Below, piece by piece: positions 62,222 through 64,000 of a stretch of DNA of 64,000 nucleotides. The DNA is from Azolla caroliniana (lineage: Eukaryota; Plantae; Polypodiophyta). The notes under the pieces were generated by a model. That model made no database searches. It worked only from the letters and a program-made list of their open reading frames with translations, and was not told the DNA's origin. A program made the translations under genes and the position numbers. The stretch is taken from positions 1,736,001 to 1,800,000 of the forward strand of contig JBHGNT010000016.1 in the NCBI GenBank assembly GCA_043228905.1, in the 5' to 3' direction. Each line of letters opens with the position of its first letter. The first letter of the stretch is position 1.

Positions 62222-64000
62222 TGTCGATGCGGAAGATCAAGTAGCATTCGATTCTGATTGAGTACTTGCGTATGACAGAAAATCGAAGATTGTGCACAGA
62301 GATAGAGAGAGAGAGAGAGGAGGCACAAAAGACTCTTTATATTGCAATAGAAACAATAATACAACCCAACCTTACAAAAAGGTTACAAGGTCACTATATA
62401 TAGTGACCGACTTAGGGCAACTACCATTTATGCTAATTACACAAATGGCCCAAACTTGATCTATACAAAGGGATAGTGTGAATACGTCCATTATACACTT
62501 GTATTCGACACTCCCCCGTAATGGGCGTATACATGGGTTATCTAAGATTACAGGTATAAACCTAGGTTCTTGGACATATCAGTTTTTGTTTGAGTCGGTA
62601 GGGTCCGAAGGCAGAAGACCGAACTGGTCGGGTCGGAAGAGTTGAAGCCGATCATTAAGGAACTGATGTCGGTTGTCGGGAACCATCCTGCGCTGTGTCC
62701 GGCTCTAACCGGACTGGTTTGTCGTTACGCCCATCTGATGCCGAAGGGACCGAAAGCGGTCTGCCGAAAGACACTTGGTCATTCCATCTGCGACATTGTC
62801 GGTTGTGGATATTTTCTCTAGACCGATTTTCCCTAAAATGACGCAATCCCGAACGAAGTGATATCGAACGTCGATATGTTTGGAGGCGTTGTGGTGAACC
62901 GGATTTTTCGACAGGGCAACAGCACCTTGACTGTCGCTATAGACAACTGGGGCCGAGTCATGGTCGACTTGCCGAAACGTGTGTGCCAGCCGGCCGAGCC
63001 ACAAAGCTTCTTTTGCAGCGTCGGACGCAGCTACATATTCTGCTTCGGTCGTTGAGGTCGCTGTGCACTCCTGAAGTTTCGACTTCCACGAAATTGCTCC
63101 ATTGCCGAATTTGAAGCAGTATCCAGTTGTTGATTTCCGACTGTCTATACAGCCGGCGAAATCCGAGTCGGTGTAACCGACTACGCCTGAGGTTCGGTTC
63201 GGACCGAAAAGAATGCCGTGGTCTTTTGTGCCAGCCAGATATCTGAACACATGCTTGACTGCGTTCCAATGCGATCGGCCAGGATTGTGCATAAATCTGC
63301 TAATGACTCCTACGGCATGAGAGATATCAGGCCGTGTCGCGACCATCAGGTACATAAGGGAGCCGACTGCCGGTGCATACGGTACCGACTTCATATCTTC
63401 CCCCTCCGAACCGGATGTCGGGCAGTCTCGCTGAGAGAGCCGAAGATTCATGGGGAGCGGGGTTGAAGCAGATTTGGCTGATTGCATGTTGAAGCGTTCC
63501 AAGACCCGTCCGATATAGTCGGTCTGGGACAAAAAAAGATGTCGTTTATCACGATGCCGACTAATCTTCATGCCGAGTATGTGTCGTGCCGGACCGAGGT
63601 CCTTCATGGCAAACTTCAACCGCAGTTGCCGAATGAGATCGGCAAGTTCGCCCGCGTGGCGTCCAGAAATTAGCATGTCGTCCACGTAAATGATGAGGAA
63701 GATGGGTGATCCATCTTGAGCTGTGTTGGTAAAAAGACAATGGTCCTCATCGCTTTTGGAGAAGCCGATCGATTGGATGAAGTCGTCGAACTTCTTGTAC
63801 CATTGTCGCGGTGCCTGTTTCAGGCCGTATAGACTCTTCCTGAGTCGGCAGACTAGATGTTCTTGGCCAGTTGCCACGAAGCCTTTTGGCTGCTCCATAT
63901 AAATTTCCTCTTCAAGATCACCATGGAGGAAGGCTGTTTTGACATCTAGCTGAATCAGCTCCAAGTTGTCGGCTGCCACTACGCCGAGTAGAAAACGAAG
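62222..64000 (-). mobile_element. Nested, comparatively young Ty1/Copia element: 3' LTR, PPT and intact RT-RNase H, continuing beyond the window
   Basis: LTR 62222-62510 with TGTCGA...TCGACA termini. PPT complement CTCCCCC at 62511-62517. The uninterrupted ORF to 62705 has QLDVKTAFLHG, SLYGLKQAPRQW, YVDD, TDSDFAG and SKHIDVRYHF. Confidence 0.95.

Overview
Eukaryotic, TE-rich plant nuclear DNA. The PLS-class PPR repeat template suggests a fern or other seed-free vascular plant (inference). Host genes read from the sequence are: the 5' four exons of a minus-strand AFG1/ZapE-family ATPase that runs off the left edge; an intronless, highly divergent GT34 (XXT-like) glycosyltransferase; a head-to-head pair of PLS-E PPR RNA-editing factors without a DYW domain; a complete 10-exon organellar ClpB (969 aa); an intronless PR-1/CAP gene; and a candidate 54-aa two-exon microprotein. 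The rest is transposon debris: several Copia elements including a nested stack at the right edge, solo LTRs, a Mutator-type MITE with a 9-bp TSD, a hAT element with an 8-bp TSD, LINE fragments, a Gypsy integrase remnant and a 5S-rRNA-bearing Cassandra-like element. The leading unexplained signals are an ONSEN-like array of heat-shock elements in front of an LTR TATA box, the microprotein, the apparently remodelled GT34 with a motif array upstream, and the 5S-bearing element. All calls are by eye; no database searches were run.
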